DNA from: Phaeosaccion multiseriatum
Lineage: Eukaryota; Protista; Ochrophyta, other classes
NCBI GenBank assembly: GCA_965112735.1
Contig: OZ218953.1
Span: forward strand, 3,286,001 to 3,350,000
Direction of reading: 5' to 3'
DNA length: 64,000 bases
Both the position numbers and the translations under genes were made by a program. The notes under the pieces were generated by a model. That model saw only the letters and a list, made by a program, of their open reading frames with translations, did no database searches and was not told the origin of the DNA. Shown here one piece after another: positions 1 through 30,800 of this stretch. Numbering within the stretch: position 1 is the first letter of the stretch; each line of letters opens with the position of its first letter.

Positions 1-2414
<2,414 letters not shown>

Positions 2415-3137
2415 GGCTGGACTTGCTGTGTGACTGGAGAGGGAACACGCGGAGGGAGGGCCGCGGGAGAGAGCGGGAGGGGGGAGAACGACACAGGGAG
2501 GAGTAGAGGAGCGGAAAACAAGGGGGGGGTCAGGGAGTGAAACTGAAGTCAAGCTGACACTCAAGCGTCTACACCAAGAGACAGGCCGCGCTCAACGCTG
2601 TCTCCTCGATTTACAAAGTGCCGCGGCTTCCATCACAGCAGGTAACAAATTTAAAAGGCCGGGTTTCCAGCTGTTGGTTTTTCCCAGCCGCCAACCTTCA
2701 GCGCTTGCCTCCTCCGTCTTCAGGCCATTGAGTTTGTGCCCGCCCTGTTCTCACCTTGTGTATGGAAGGAGTCTGGTCTGTCAGGCGATTTTGGTGGTGG
2801 GTGTGTCCAGCAAGCCGCTTCACCCCCTTGGAGATGCTCATATGCCTGCATGAGGGACTCCGAGCCTGCACGCATGTGAAACAGACTCTCGCTTTGGGGG
2901 CTGCTTCGGAAATTGTTGTGAATGGAGGAGTGAGCTGATGGTGGTGGTTGTACAGTTGGGGATTGCCTTATTGGAAAAGTGAGGACAACCCACAAATTGA
3001 AGAGCGAGAGCTCCGCCCAGGACACACAAAGTCCGGAGCGCATGGTGTCTGTTAGGGAATCGCCGCTGGCGTGTGCATCTTTTTCTTGGAAATTAGCGGG
3101 GGCATAGACTCAAGAGAGCTGGTTGTGACGAACAGCG

Positions 3138-20161
<17,024 letters not shown>

Positions 20162-20406
20162 TCTTTTCTCTCTCTCTACTCTTGCTGTTGAACCTTCTCT
20201 GACTTGCTGTCTCAATGCTCTATGTATTTCTTAAAAAAATAAATGAACGATGTACAAAATGAAATAAAGCAAGCAAGGGCGGCGTGATTGACATAACACA
20301 TTGGACGACAAATGGCGAGCGAAGCACCAACGTCCTTATCTCGCTGTCTTTTCTTTTGTTTCTTTTTGATCCTGTATGCACCGTACATGTTCATCATATA
20401 TAGACC

Positions 20407-22503
20407 ATGCCCCCGGTCTCTCTCGTACTGCTGCTGCTGCTGCTGAAGCTGCTGCTGCTGTTGTCTCCTACGGACGCGTTCTGCGCCGTGAGTGGATGCC
20501 AGACGCAGCGCTTCAGACCGCTCGACAGCAGCGGGAGGAGCTACGCGGACAGGGTGGGCGGCAGTAGAAGCAGCAGCGAGGCGTGGGGGAGGGGAAGTGA
20601 GCTTGATAGCAATGGAGGCGTGGAAGGCGAGGCTCCGCGAACGGCAAGACGCGAACTCTTCATCTTTGGCATGGGGTACACGGGAACGCGAGTCGCGCAG
20701 GCGGCAATGGAGGCGATGGAAGACGACCCGGCATGTTCAGACGCGTTCATGTTCCAAAGGGTCACGGGGACGACAACGAATTTCTGCCTGGAGGAGGGCG
20801 AGGGGCTGATACAGCAGGGGCAGGGCGAGAGTAGTAGCAGCAGCAGCAGCTGCCGAGCATCGAGGATCGAATTGTGCTCCTTCGATGGACAAGACCCGCT
20901 TAAAGGAGGTACGGACGGCCCGCCCCCCTCTACACTATCACACTACTCTCGCTCTCTACCGTCTGACCCTCACTGCCCTCTCCGCGCCACTCACGCCTCG
21001 CAAAGAGGAGTTGTACCTGGCCGGCAGTGTGGTTGAGGAATCTGGAAAGGGAGAGATGCACCTCCTCCACAACGAGCCGTCGTTTTGCAAGCGAGGCTTG
21101 CCCCCCTGATTCCCTCCCACCGCGTCGTACCCCACACTTGACTTTTTTGCTTCTGTCTTTTGTTGCCCCGTTGCCCTTTCTAGATGCTCTGAAAGCTCTA
21201 CTTTCTGCAACGCATGTGCTCAGCACAGTGCCTCCTTCCGGTGCCCAAGGACAACAAGAGGAAGGGAAAGGGCGAATTCCCGTGATAGACCCGGTGCTGA
21301 GGCAACACCACCACCATCTCTCCGGAAAGGAATGGGTGGGATACCTGTCCTCCACCGGTGTGTACGGCGATCGGCAGGGAGAGTGGGTGTCGGAGGAGGC
21401 CTCAATTCCCCTCTCGCTGGTCAAGAAGCTAGCGGGAAAGGCCCAACTGCGGCTCTTGGCGGAGAAGCAGTGGCGACAAGCCGCCGAAGGGAGTCTCGCA
21501 ACTCGTGGAGAAGGAGGGATCACTTCCTCCTCCTCCTCCTCCTCCTACTCGTCTGCGTTTCCACTGTGCGTGTTCCGTCTTGCCGGCATCTACGGACCTC
21601 GACGGAGTGCCCTGGACACTCTGGTGCGAAAGGGTGCCTTGTCTCTCGTGCAAGGAGCCTCTGACAAGTCCACTTACATTTCCCGTGTACACGTGGACGA
21701 CATTGCCCAGCTCCTTGTGCGAGTCTCTATGCAGCAGCCTGGGGCAGGCCCGTCGGTATGTACATGTGTGTGTATGTGTGTGTGTGTGTGTGTTTGTCCG
21801 CGTGCGTGTGGTGACACACACAGAGTTTTGTGTGCGCGTTGCGCATATAGGTTGCTGTGTGTGCGAATTGTTGAAGGTCGAGATGTCGCCATTCGGGGAT
21901 TGATTTATCAGTCAGAAGAGTCGGGTCTCCTGGAGTGGAAGCAGCATCATCCTCCCCAGGGGGGATGGGCCTCTCAAAGCCGCCCTACCCCCCTTCTCCA
22001 TCGCCTCTTTACCTCAAATTGGTGGGGACTGACAGACCCAACCCCCCCTCCCCCCTCCCACCCCTCCACAGATAGTCAATGTCGCCGATGCACGTCCTGC
22101 CACACGGCAGGAGACGTTCTCGCACGCTGCGGCTTTGCTGGGTATGCCTCTTGCCACTGCTTCGGTCGCTGCTCCTAAGGAGGGTGGTGGTACAGGAGGA
22201 GGAGGGGAAGTGGAAGGGGTGGTTGCTTCGGCTCCTTACGCGAGCAGCAGGGGAGGGGGCAGCAAGAAAGTTGACGCTTCGAAGATGCACGCAATGCTGC
22301 AGGAGAGGGGGCTGCGGCTGCTCTACCCCGACTACGAGGCAGGCTTGGACGCCCTCTTCGCCCTTTACACGGGTAAAGGGGGGGCAGCAGAAGCAGCAGA
22401 GGCAGCAGAGGCACCAGCCGTTGGTGATACATCAGGGGTAGCAGCAGCAGCAGCAGCAGCAGCAGCGGCGGCGGCGGCGGCGGCGGCCAGCAGGGAAGGC
22501 TGA
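20407..22503 (+). CDS. NAD(P)-dependent epimerase/dehydratase, atypical SDR, probably plastid-targeted
   Basis: Exons 20407-20908, 21184-21755, 22072-22503. Rossmann FIFGMGYTG, THVLSTVPP, YLSSTGVYGD, FRLAGIYGP, SRVHVDDIA, IVNVAD, KKVDASKM, LLYPDYEAGL. Signal peptide ends TDA-F. Confidence 0.9.
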
Positions 22504-23145
22504 TAGGAGAAGGCATGCGGAGGATGCTGGTGCTGATGCTGCTGTATCACCAGCTGCTGGTGCTGGTACTGGGGCATGACGGCAGAGGCGTGGGAGGGGA
22601 GTTTTTACGTAGAAGGAGGAGGCCTTTGCATGAAAAGAGAACCCCCTCCCCTCCTCCAGCGATGATGCCTATGTATGAACACAGAGAAGAGGAGAACGGC
22701 AAGGGTGTCGGGCTGGGTGTTGAGGAGAATGAGGCTTGAGCTTGAATGACTTGACGCCACTCTCTCGGCCGTCCCTCTCTTGGCGTCATGGGGACTGATG
22801 AGGGCCTGCCAAGTTGGCCCAAGGCGAGAGCACTCGTGTGCGTGTGCGTACCTCAGGAGCTTTTGGTTGTCGCCTACCCCACCACTGACAACTGAAATGA
22901 AGTGAAACTCGGGCTCTGCCTGCTGCTGGCCCGGGATGGGGGGAGGGGGGATTTGGTCGAGAGGCAGACGGTGACACTCTACAGGGGGGCTGGGAGATTT
23001 GTTTTTCCTCTGGTCACGACGTGCTCGTGCTCTTCGCGCTCGGAAGGAAGAGGGCACCAAATGCTCAAGCTTTTCGAAAGGGGCAAAGAATGGCTTGTAT
23101 GCACACATGGCCGAAGACACTCCGAACATCAGTGCCGCGGCGCCT

Positions 23146-23180
<35 letters not shown>

Positions 23181-24117
23181 TGGTGATACAGCAGCAACAG
23201 CAGCACCAACAGCAGCAGCAGCAGCAGCCAGCGAAGGAGACTCAAGGAAGCTCAGCGTATCTGCCTCGCCCTGCGCCAGAGATGGCACCGGACGCACCGG
23301 AGGCAGCAGGGGCATACGAGCTGCGAGGCGAGACTGTACCCACCCACCACCCGCCCCTAGGCAAGCAAGGGGAGGCTGTTGTGTGGTGGTGGTGATGGCG
23401 GTGGTGGTGAAGGGCTACTGTGTCTGCTATAGCTCTGTGTTGCTCTGAATGGTGGGTGCTGCGGGCGTTAGGGCCAAGCTGGAGGATGTTCAAGTGAGGG
23501 AGGGAGGGAGGGAGGGAGGGGGTTAGTTCGAGCGGGACGAATCGAGGGAGGGAACTCCTTCGCTCCGACCCATACTTTCCTTGTAAACGATGGTAATGGC
23601 ATGCCTTCCTTATGGACAGACAGTGGACATGAATGGTACTACCGTTTGCGGAGAGCGTACATACATTATTCACTACACACACGACAAAAATAATACTAGT
23701 ATTACTCCCTCTGTTGTGCGTGGAGAACTTCCCAAAACGTGCCACACACAAACGCCCCTGACTCAGCAGCAGCAGGGGCGAAAGGCACACACACACACAC
23801 ACACGCACACACACTCGCACACTCACTCCTTCACGAGGCGTGGCTACTGCTCCGCGGCTCTTGTGCTTCTACCACAGGAGCTTCAAAAATGGTCCCTTGC
23901 TACCCCCCCCCTGCGGGCCTTTGGGTGGGGTGATCCGTTGGAGACGGAGACGGAGACCGAGACGAAGAGAGAGTCCTTCCTTGCTCCTTGCTGGTGTTGA
24001 GCACCTTGGCGGGTGCCGAGCACCAAGTTGAAGTTGAGGCGTAAGAAGAATAATAACAATCCTCGCCCCTCGCCGGGTGGGGCAGTTGTTGTTTCGCCCC
24101 TCTCACATCAATCACAG

Positions 24118-26085
24118 TCACAGTACGCTGTGAAAGTCTTGCAGGGGGGTTCCACTCTCGTCCGCTGTGCGCCACCGAAGGAAGAAGACGGACGAGTCCT
24201 TGTCGGTCTTGCCCAATTTTACTTGCAGTGAGTGGCAGGCGTTGAGGCGGCGCGTTTGCTCTCCGTCGAGAGTCACTCCTTGCAGGCTGAACAAGGCAGC
24301 GGTGGCCACGCAGGTGGAGAGGAAAGTGTACGAGAAATAGCCCGTGGGGGAGCGGAACACGAAGGACTGGACCTGTTGGTGAGAATTTTGAGGTTGATTG
24401 GTTGGTTGGTTGGTTGGTTAAGGGTACAGGAAAAGAGGAGGGGGAGGGGGGGGGCGGGGCGGAGATGGGGACAGGAGACAGGGACAGAGAGGAGCTCTGG
24501 CGACGGTAACACTACAAGGCCCAAGATGGGAAGAGCCTGGAAGGTCAAAGACTTCGCTGCTATGCGAGAGGACCATGATCCACAACTAGGGGGGGGCTAT
24601 GACGACTTACACTACGCACCGAGAGAAGGGCCACTGATGTCGCGGAGTGTGCCCCCCCTCCCGTCTGTCCCCTCATTCCAATGGCGCTGATAATCTTTAT
24701 GGTGGGCCCGTTGAAGGCCACCTTATCTAGATCACGGGGCCTGGCGGGGAGGTACGGAGAAGGCGCAGCAGGCCTTGATGCTGCTCGTGCCGCTGATGAC
24801 GATGGAAGAGGCGTTGAGCTTGGTGAAGGCGCCGATGCTGCTGCCGCTGGTGGTGGTGGTGGTGGTGGTGGTGGTGGTGGTGGCGGTGCTGTTGCTGCTG
24901 CGGTGGCTGTGGTGGTGGTCGTTTCGGGAAGGAGCTGCCTTGCGAGTAGTGTCTCCGCCCCGCCACTCGCCGTCTCAGTCGGGTCAGCTGTCTCCTGCTC
25001 CTGCTCCTCCTCCTCCTGCTCCTCCTCCTCCTGCTGCTGCTGCTCCTGCTGCTCCTGCTGCCGAGGGGGGGGGTGGCCAGCCATGTCGCAGTTCTTGTCT
25101 GCGGCCTTGACCATGATCACCTCCTTCAGCGAAGAGCCGTCTTTGCACAGACCAGTGAGCACTGGTGCACGAGGAGGAGAAGAAGGGGGGGGGGGGGGAG
25201 GAGAGCACCAAAGCACAACAGATGCAAAATAATGAAGGGGCGCACATGTCCACATCAAGTATATGAAGTATTGGCCTCGAGAGGAATATAAATGGGACAG
25301 CAGCAGGAGCAGCAGCAGCAGCAGCAGTAGCAGCAGCTCGTGCAAACGAGCTCTTTACTTTATGAAGTCAAGTCCAGGCCTCTGTGATAAACTGACCATT
25401 CTCGGCGAAGTGGGCAGAGAGCTCCTTGTACGCGAGGCCAGCCGAGGTTCTGCGTAGCACGTCCTTGCGCCATGAGCTTCCCCACGAGGTGGGCGGGGAG
25501 TCCGGCAGCGCGTGAAAGTAACGCACCCAAAGGGAGCGCCACAGCGGGTGATTGGGGTCATTCCACGCCTTCGGGAGGTCGATGAGAGAGAGGGAGAGAG
25601 CGAGGAGAAAGGGATGGGGGGATGGAAAGGTGTGAAGGTGAAGGCGAGAGAGACCCAGCTGCTGTACTTTACTTTCGTATCGTGGGGCGGTGCAGAGAGA
25701 GGAAGAGGAGGAGCAAAGTGTGATGGTTTGAAGCCGCCGCGAGGACGAGAAAGGCTCGTCTCTGGCTGGAGTTCCCACACGAACTCGCTCTGCGTCAAGC
25801 GCAGCCCCCTTTCCTTTCCTTCACTTTACTTTACTTTGCACTGTTGTTGCTCACCTTGCACGTTCCATTCAAGCTGTGTAAGTCGTGGACACCCATATAG
25901 GAGAAAACTTGCATCCACATCTCTCCTGGTACTCGATTCGCAACTCTAGCGAAGGCCAACTCGTGAGGAAGGAAATCGCTTCTGGCCCGCTTGCTCCTCC
26001 TCTCCTTCGTCTCCCCCACCGCCTCCCCCCCAACCCGCCGCTGCTGTTGCGGCCGCTGCGGCAGCGCGTCCTTGAACCCTGCCAT
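24118..26085 (-). CDS. F-box domain protein (~402 aa), unknown C-terminal domain
   Basis: Exons 26085-25855, 25568-25397, 25161-24611, 24372-24118 (1209 nt). F-box-like VPGEMWMQVFSYMGVHDLHSLNGTCK|AW...LWRSL. Confidence 0.75.
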
Positions 26086-26165
26086 GTCCTTTAAAGCTAC
26101 AACGAGGCGGTCTAACTTCCTGTCTTCACACGAGACACAGGAACAAAAAGGGATCCGGCCTCTGC

Positions 26166-26199
<34 letters not shown>

Positions 26200-27509
26200 C
26201 TCTCGTGAGAAGACTGAAGTGTGGCGGGTGAAAAGGTCTTTAGTTTTGTGCTCGCAAAACCCCCACGCTCTCTTTATCTCTCGCACTCTACACATGTCTT
26301 GGCATTGAAGGAATAATAAAAGTCGACAATTTGAAAGGCCAAACTTGTACCCTTTCGGCATTCCGTGTGCGATTACTTTTGTGGGAAAGGAGGGAGAGTT
26401 GAGACGATGAAAAAGCTACCCAAGAGCAGCAGAGGAGCAGCACGAACATATGAACATAGGTAGGGCCTCTAATAACACATGCCATCGGCGAAAAATTCAT
26501 AAGGAAGCGCCTTTAATTGAGTGCAGCAGGGCGGTGTGAGGTTGAAAAGGCGCGTTCGTGTGCGTACGTGAGTGGTGTTGAGTGATCGCGAGCGGGGGCG
26601 GGAATCCTTTCCTTTTGCCCTCCTGTGGAAAGGTATAAGCCAGCACAGGGGCATGACCGTGTGTCGAGTATATGTGGGCAGGTAGCCTCGACTAAGTGAG
26701 ACGAGCAGGTCTTTTTCGAAGGAGGAGGGCCAGGGATGGGAGATGGGAGGTTTTCGAGTCGGCGTCGGTCCAGTTGGGAAGGAGGTGGAATCAGGTTGTA
26801 GGGAAGGGTGTGTGAGAGGGAGCCGGAGAGTCGTTGGTCCATGGGAACCTTGGAGTCGGCGGTAGACCATGAGGACGGCTGCTGAGAGGGATGAGCAGAG
26901 TCGCAAGGGTCCGCGTCGTACCCCAGCCAAGCAAGACCCCAAGCTCGACACTTTCGCAACTAACCATCTACTAGTTGCCTAGAGAAGAGCCCACCGGCCT
27001 CTAAAACCTAGGGAGGGGCGCTGCCTATGCCCGGGCCATTGACATATCCCGGGGTGCTACTGATGTCGCACTCACGCGCCCACGTACTCACCCACTCACG
27101 CGCTCACGCACACACTGCTCCAGTCGATGGGCCCGATATAGCGAGTAAGAGAGAGAGAGTCCAGGAACGGTGCAGAGAAGCCCTCTTACTCCTCTTACTC
27201 CCCTCTCCAGCCGCATCCTCACTCACACCACACCCACCCCCCCTTTCCCCCTTCTTCCGCACCACCTTTCCCTGAACCAAATCCCCATTCTGTCACACTC
27301 CTCCAATCGACAAGGGGTATTCATATTAGTACCCCTCGCAAGAAGAAGGAGAAATGGCACCTCTACCCAACTCCGCATCCACTCCGCATTCAATGTTACT
27401 CCGCACGTGGTTGAAGAAAGTCGAATGTGGAAGCATCGATTTTCGGGGCGAGTGAGCTGAAACTCATGAAACGCTTGTGTAATTTGTGCCCCTCGTCATT
27501 TTCTTTCCT

Positions 27510-27567
<58 letters not shown>

Positions 27568-27841
27568 CTCTTATAAAAAGCAGAGACGGCCATCCCTTCA
27601 TCTCACACATGGCGCAATCCCAGTACTGTCGTATTATTCCCCGCGAACAAGATAGATAGCCCCTCGTGGGGGAGGGAAGGGGAGAAGTAGAGAAGGAGGG
27701 AGGGACGAATCAACCAGCACCTTGAACGACGACTGCTGCAGCATGAGAAGCACAGCGCTTCGGTAGCCAACCCGTGGCACTTCTCACCCACCGCTCTGGG
27801 GGTGTGCACGACCGCGCCCACCGTCCGAGGCGCCGGGGATT

Positions 27842-30800
27842 ATGTCCGAAGCGATTGTGGAAGCTCAGTTCAAGGATGGGTGTATGTCCCTACGGGCGGC
27901 CGTCCTTGACAGCCAGCGAGCTGCTTGCTCTCCGGGCCCCATCTATAATACGCATTCAGCAGAACATATGCTCAGCACCGTGAAAGCGGACAACACGGTG
28001 GCCTGGGGGAACTTGACGTCAGGAAAGCAGGACCACGGCCGGTGCGTTGCTGTCAGTCCTGCGTGCAGTCCGAAGGACGAAGGGGCACCAAACCTGTGTG
28101 TGCGAAGAGGGGGAGTAGCGAGGCCAAGAGGGGGCTGGATCGGGAGTAACGAGATGAAAAGGAGGGTGGTCCTCACGGCCTCGGCAGAGAGGGACAAGAA
28201 TGCTCTGCTTCCTTTTTTCCATCTGCACGGCCGCGCTTCTCCTCCTCCTCCTCCTCCTCCTCCTCCTCCTCCTCCTCCTCCTCCTCCTCCTCCTCCTCCT
28301 CCTCCTCCTCCTCCTCCTCCTCCTCCTCCTCCTCCTCCTCCTCCTCCTCCTCCTCCTCCTCCTCCTCCTCCTCCTCCTCCTCCTCCTCCTCCTCCTCCTC
28401 CTCCTCCTCCTCCTCCTCCTCCTCCTCCTCCTCCTCCTCCTCCTCCTCCTCCTCCTCCTCCTCCTCCTCCTCCTCCTCCTCCTCCTCCTCCTCCTCCTCC
28501 TCCTCCTCCTCCTCCTCCTCCTCCTCCTCCTCCTCGTTCTCGTCGTCCTCGTCCGTTCCTTTGTCTCAACACGCGCAGCATGCCCTGAGTGACTAACCTA
28601 ACCCCCTTCCCCCCCGTTCCAACTCCATTATCCTTTACAGACCTCTTGCGGATGCTGGGAGAGACGCCCCCGGCCCCGCTCAATACAACCTCGATAATGT
28701 GACGTCGGGCAAGCAGGTACAGGCCAGGTTCAGAACAGCCCCCGCCCCCTCTTTCGGCTCAGGGGAGCGCCCTCCTCTATTGGACTCGGGCTGCAGCAGC
28801 CCAGGACCGATGACCGCTGTCGTGGGCGTCGTGCCTCAAGACAGGTGCGTATGTACTGTCTAAGCCATCTATACGAGCAATTACTGCCTCACGTGCAAAA
28901 AAGAGAACACAGCAAGTGCCAATGGAAATCAGCAGCGCATGGACAATGTCCGACAGTCCTTTCCTTGGAGGCTATTTGCATGTTGTCTGCGGTGGGTGGT
29001 ATCCTATGGTATTCTCCTCCTCCTCCTCCTCCTCCTCCTCCTCCTCCTCCTCCTCCTCCTCCTCCTCCTCCTCCTCCTCCTCCTCCTCCTCCTCCTCCTC
29101 CTCCTCCTCCTCCCAGTCCTCCTCCGCCTACTCTCCACAAGCTTACCCTCCCCCTCCTCCTCCCCCTTCTCTCCACGCCCCCATCCCCACCCAACATAAA
29201 CAGCCCCGCCTTCAGCTTGTCTGGTGCCCCTTGGAGAGACACCACAAAGAAAGGTCGGAGCGGTACTTCTTCTGACGCCCCAGCACCCCCCGGTCCAGGG
29301 CAGTACGCCATCCCGTCCACACTCGGGCACTCGCCGGAGGGAAGGTATAAAAGCGTCAATGCTCCGGGCTTTGGCAGGCCCTCTAGCGCCACACCCCTGG
29401 GGAAGGGGAACGGTGGAAAACCCCGGGGGTCGCCCGGACCGGGGCACTACGCTTGGCATGAGAATGATCGGCCAAACACGGCCGGGATTCGCTTTTCTAC
29501 GGCGTCGCAGCGACCGAAGCCTCGGAAGGCTGAAGAGGGTCCGGGTCCGTCCGCGTATAGCATTCCAACCACCATGGGGACTGTCCCAGACTCGCACATA
29601 AGGTGATGGAGTCGGAAGGGAGGAGGGAGGGGAGGAAGAGGGACCCACCGGGACACATCCGACCAGCAATTGCTGGCGCTGGGGCAGCGAGCAGCATGCG
29701 AGAGGAGCGAGCGAGCGAAGAGTATGTCTTTATTGGCCTTCACTCGAGCTCTCCCTCCCTTTCTCCCTCACTCCCTCCCCCCCTCTCTCTCCCTCCCTCC
29801 CTCCCTCCTTCTCTCTCTCCCTCCCTCTCTCTCTCTCTCTCTCTCCCTCTCTCTCTCCCTCCCTCCCTCCCTCCCTCCCTCCCTCTCTCTCTCTCTCTCT
29901 CTCCCTCCCTCTCTCTCTCTCTCTCTCCCTCTCTCTCTCTCCCTCCCTCCCTCCCTCTCCCCCCCCCCCCGTCCCTCCCTGCTCTATCCTATCTCTACCC
30001 TTACATGCCTGCGTAGGAGGGTGATGGTTCCGAACTTCGGTAGCCCCACTCCCACACGTGTCCGGCCCCAATCTGCCCACCCACGCACCCCCACCCCTGG
30101 CCCCGGCCACTACAACACTCGCACCGTTGATGACATGTGCATTGGGAAGAGGGTTCTCACGAGGGATAGGTCCACGCCAAACGTCACCTTTGGCAGAGGT
30201 GAGTGAGGACGCGCGTGAGGGAAGGGGGAGAGAGGAAGCGTGAGTGAGTGAGGAAGCGTAGTGGGGAAGCGGGCGAGCGAGCGCGCGAGGGAGTGAATGG
30301 GTCAGGACAGGATGGGATAAAGGACAGGAAAGGGCAGGCCCCTCTCCTGTTGGCTAGCAGTGGAAGGGTGTGGACGGCAGTGGATGGAAGTGGATGGCAG
30401 TGGATGGCATCACTGACAATGCAATGGCTTGGCTACATGGTTCACACGCGAGAGAGACGGGCTGGGCCGGGAGGAGGACATGCCACACCTCATCATCTTG
30501 GCAGGCTCGCTCTGCCCTGCGCTACTCCCCGTCCCCTCACCCCTTCCTTCCTTCCACTCTGTCCGTGTGCCTCTCGCTCCCCCCCTTTCTTCGCCTCCAC
30601 CTCCCCCTCCACCATCAGACACAGGTGAGCGGAGTGTGATACATCGATGGGGGCGGTGCCTTCCCCTGCATACGGGGGTCGATGACGTCGTTTGTAGATC
30701 TGCTTGTACCCACCATATTAGTAGCAGCCCAGCAGAGTCGGGTAGCACAGAGGGCCTCGTTGCTGTACTTAAGCCTTCGTCACTTCGTCTCCGAGGGGGA

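Noticed and set aside
21006-21093. Possible cassette exon (EELYLAGSVVEESGK...) in epimerase intron 1
   Set aside because: No convincing donor. The direct 20908-21184 splice already gives the family-typical sequence.
22605-23448. 236-aa minus ORF and 149-aa plus ORF between convergent genes
   Set aside because: Dominated by CAG/GCA repeats, no recognisable domain, and the implied intron would be only ~45 nt. Probably 3'UTR.
27354-27700. ATG-initiated segment with a donor and (CT)n acceptor upstream of the SHIPPO gene
   Set aside because: All spliced frames hit stops before 27770. At most a 5'UTR intron or uORF.
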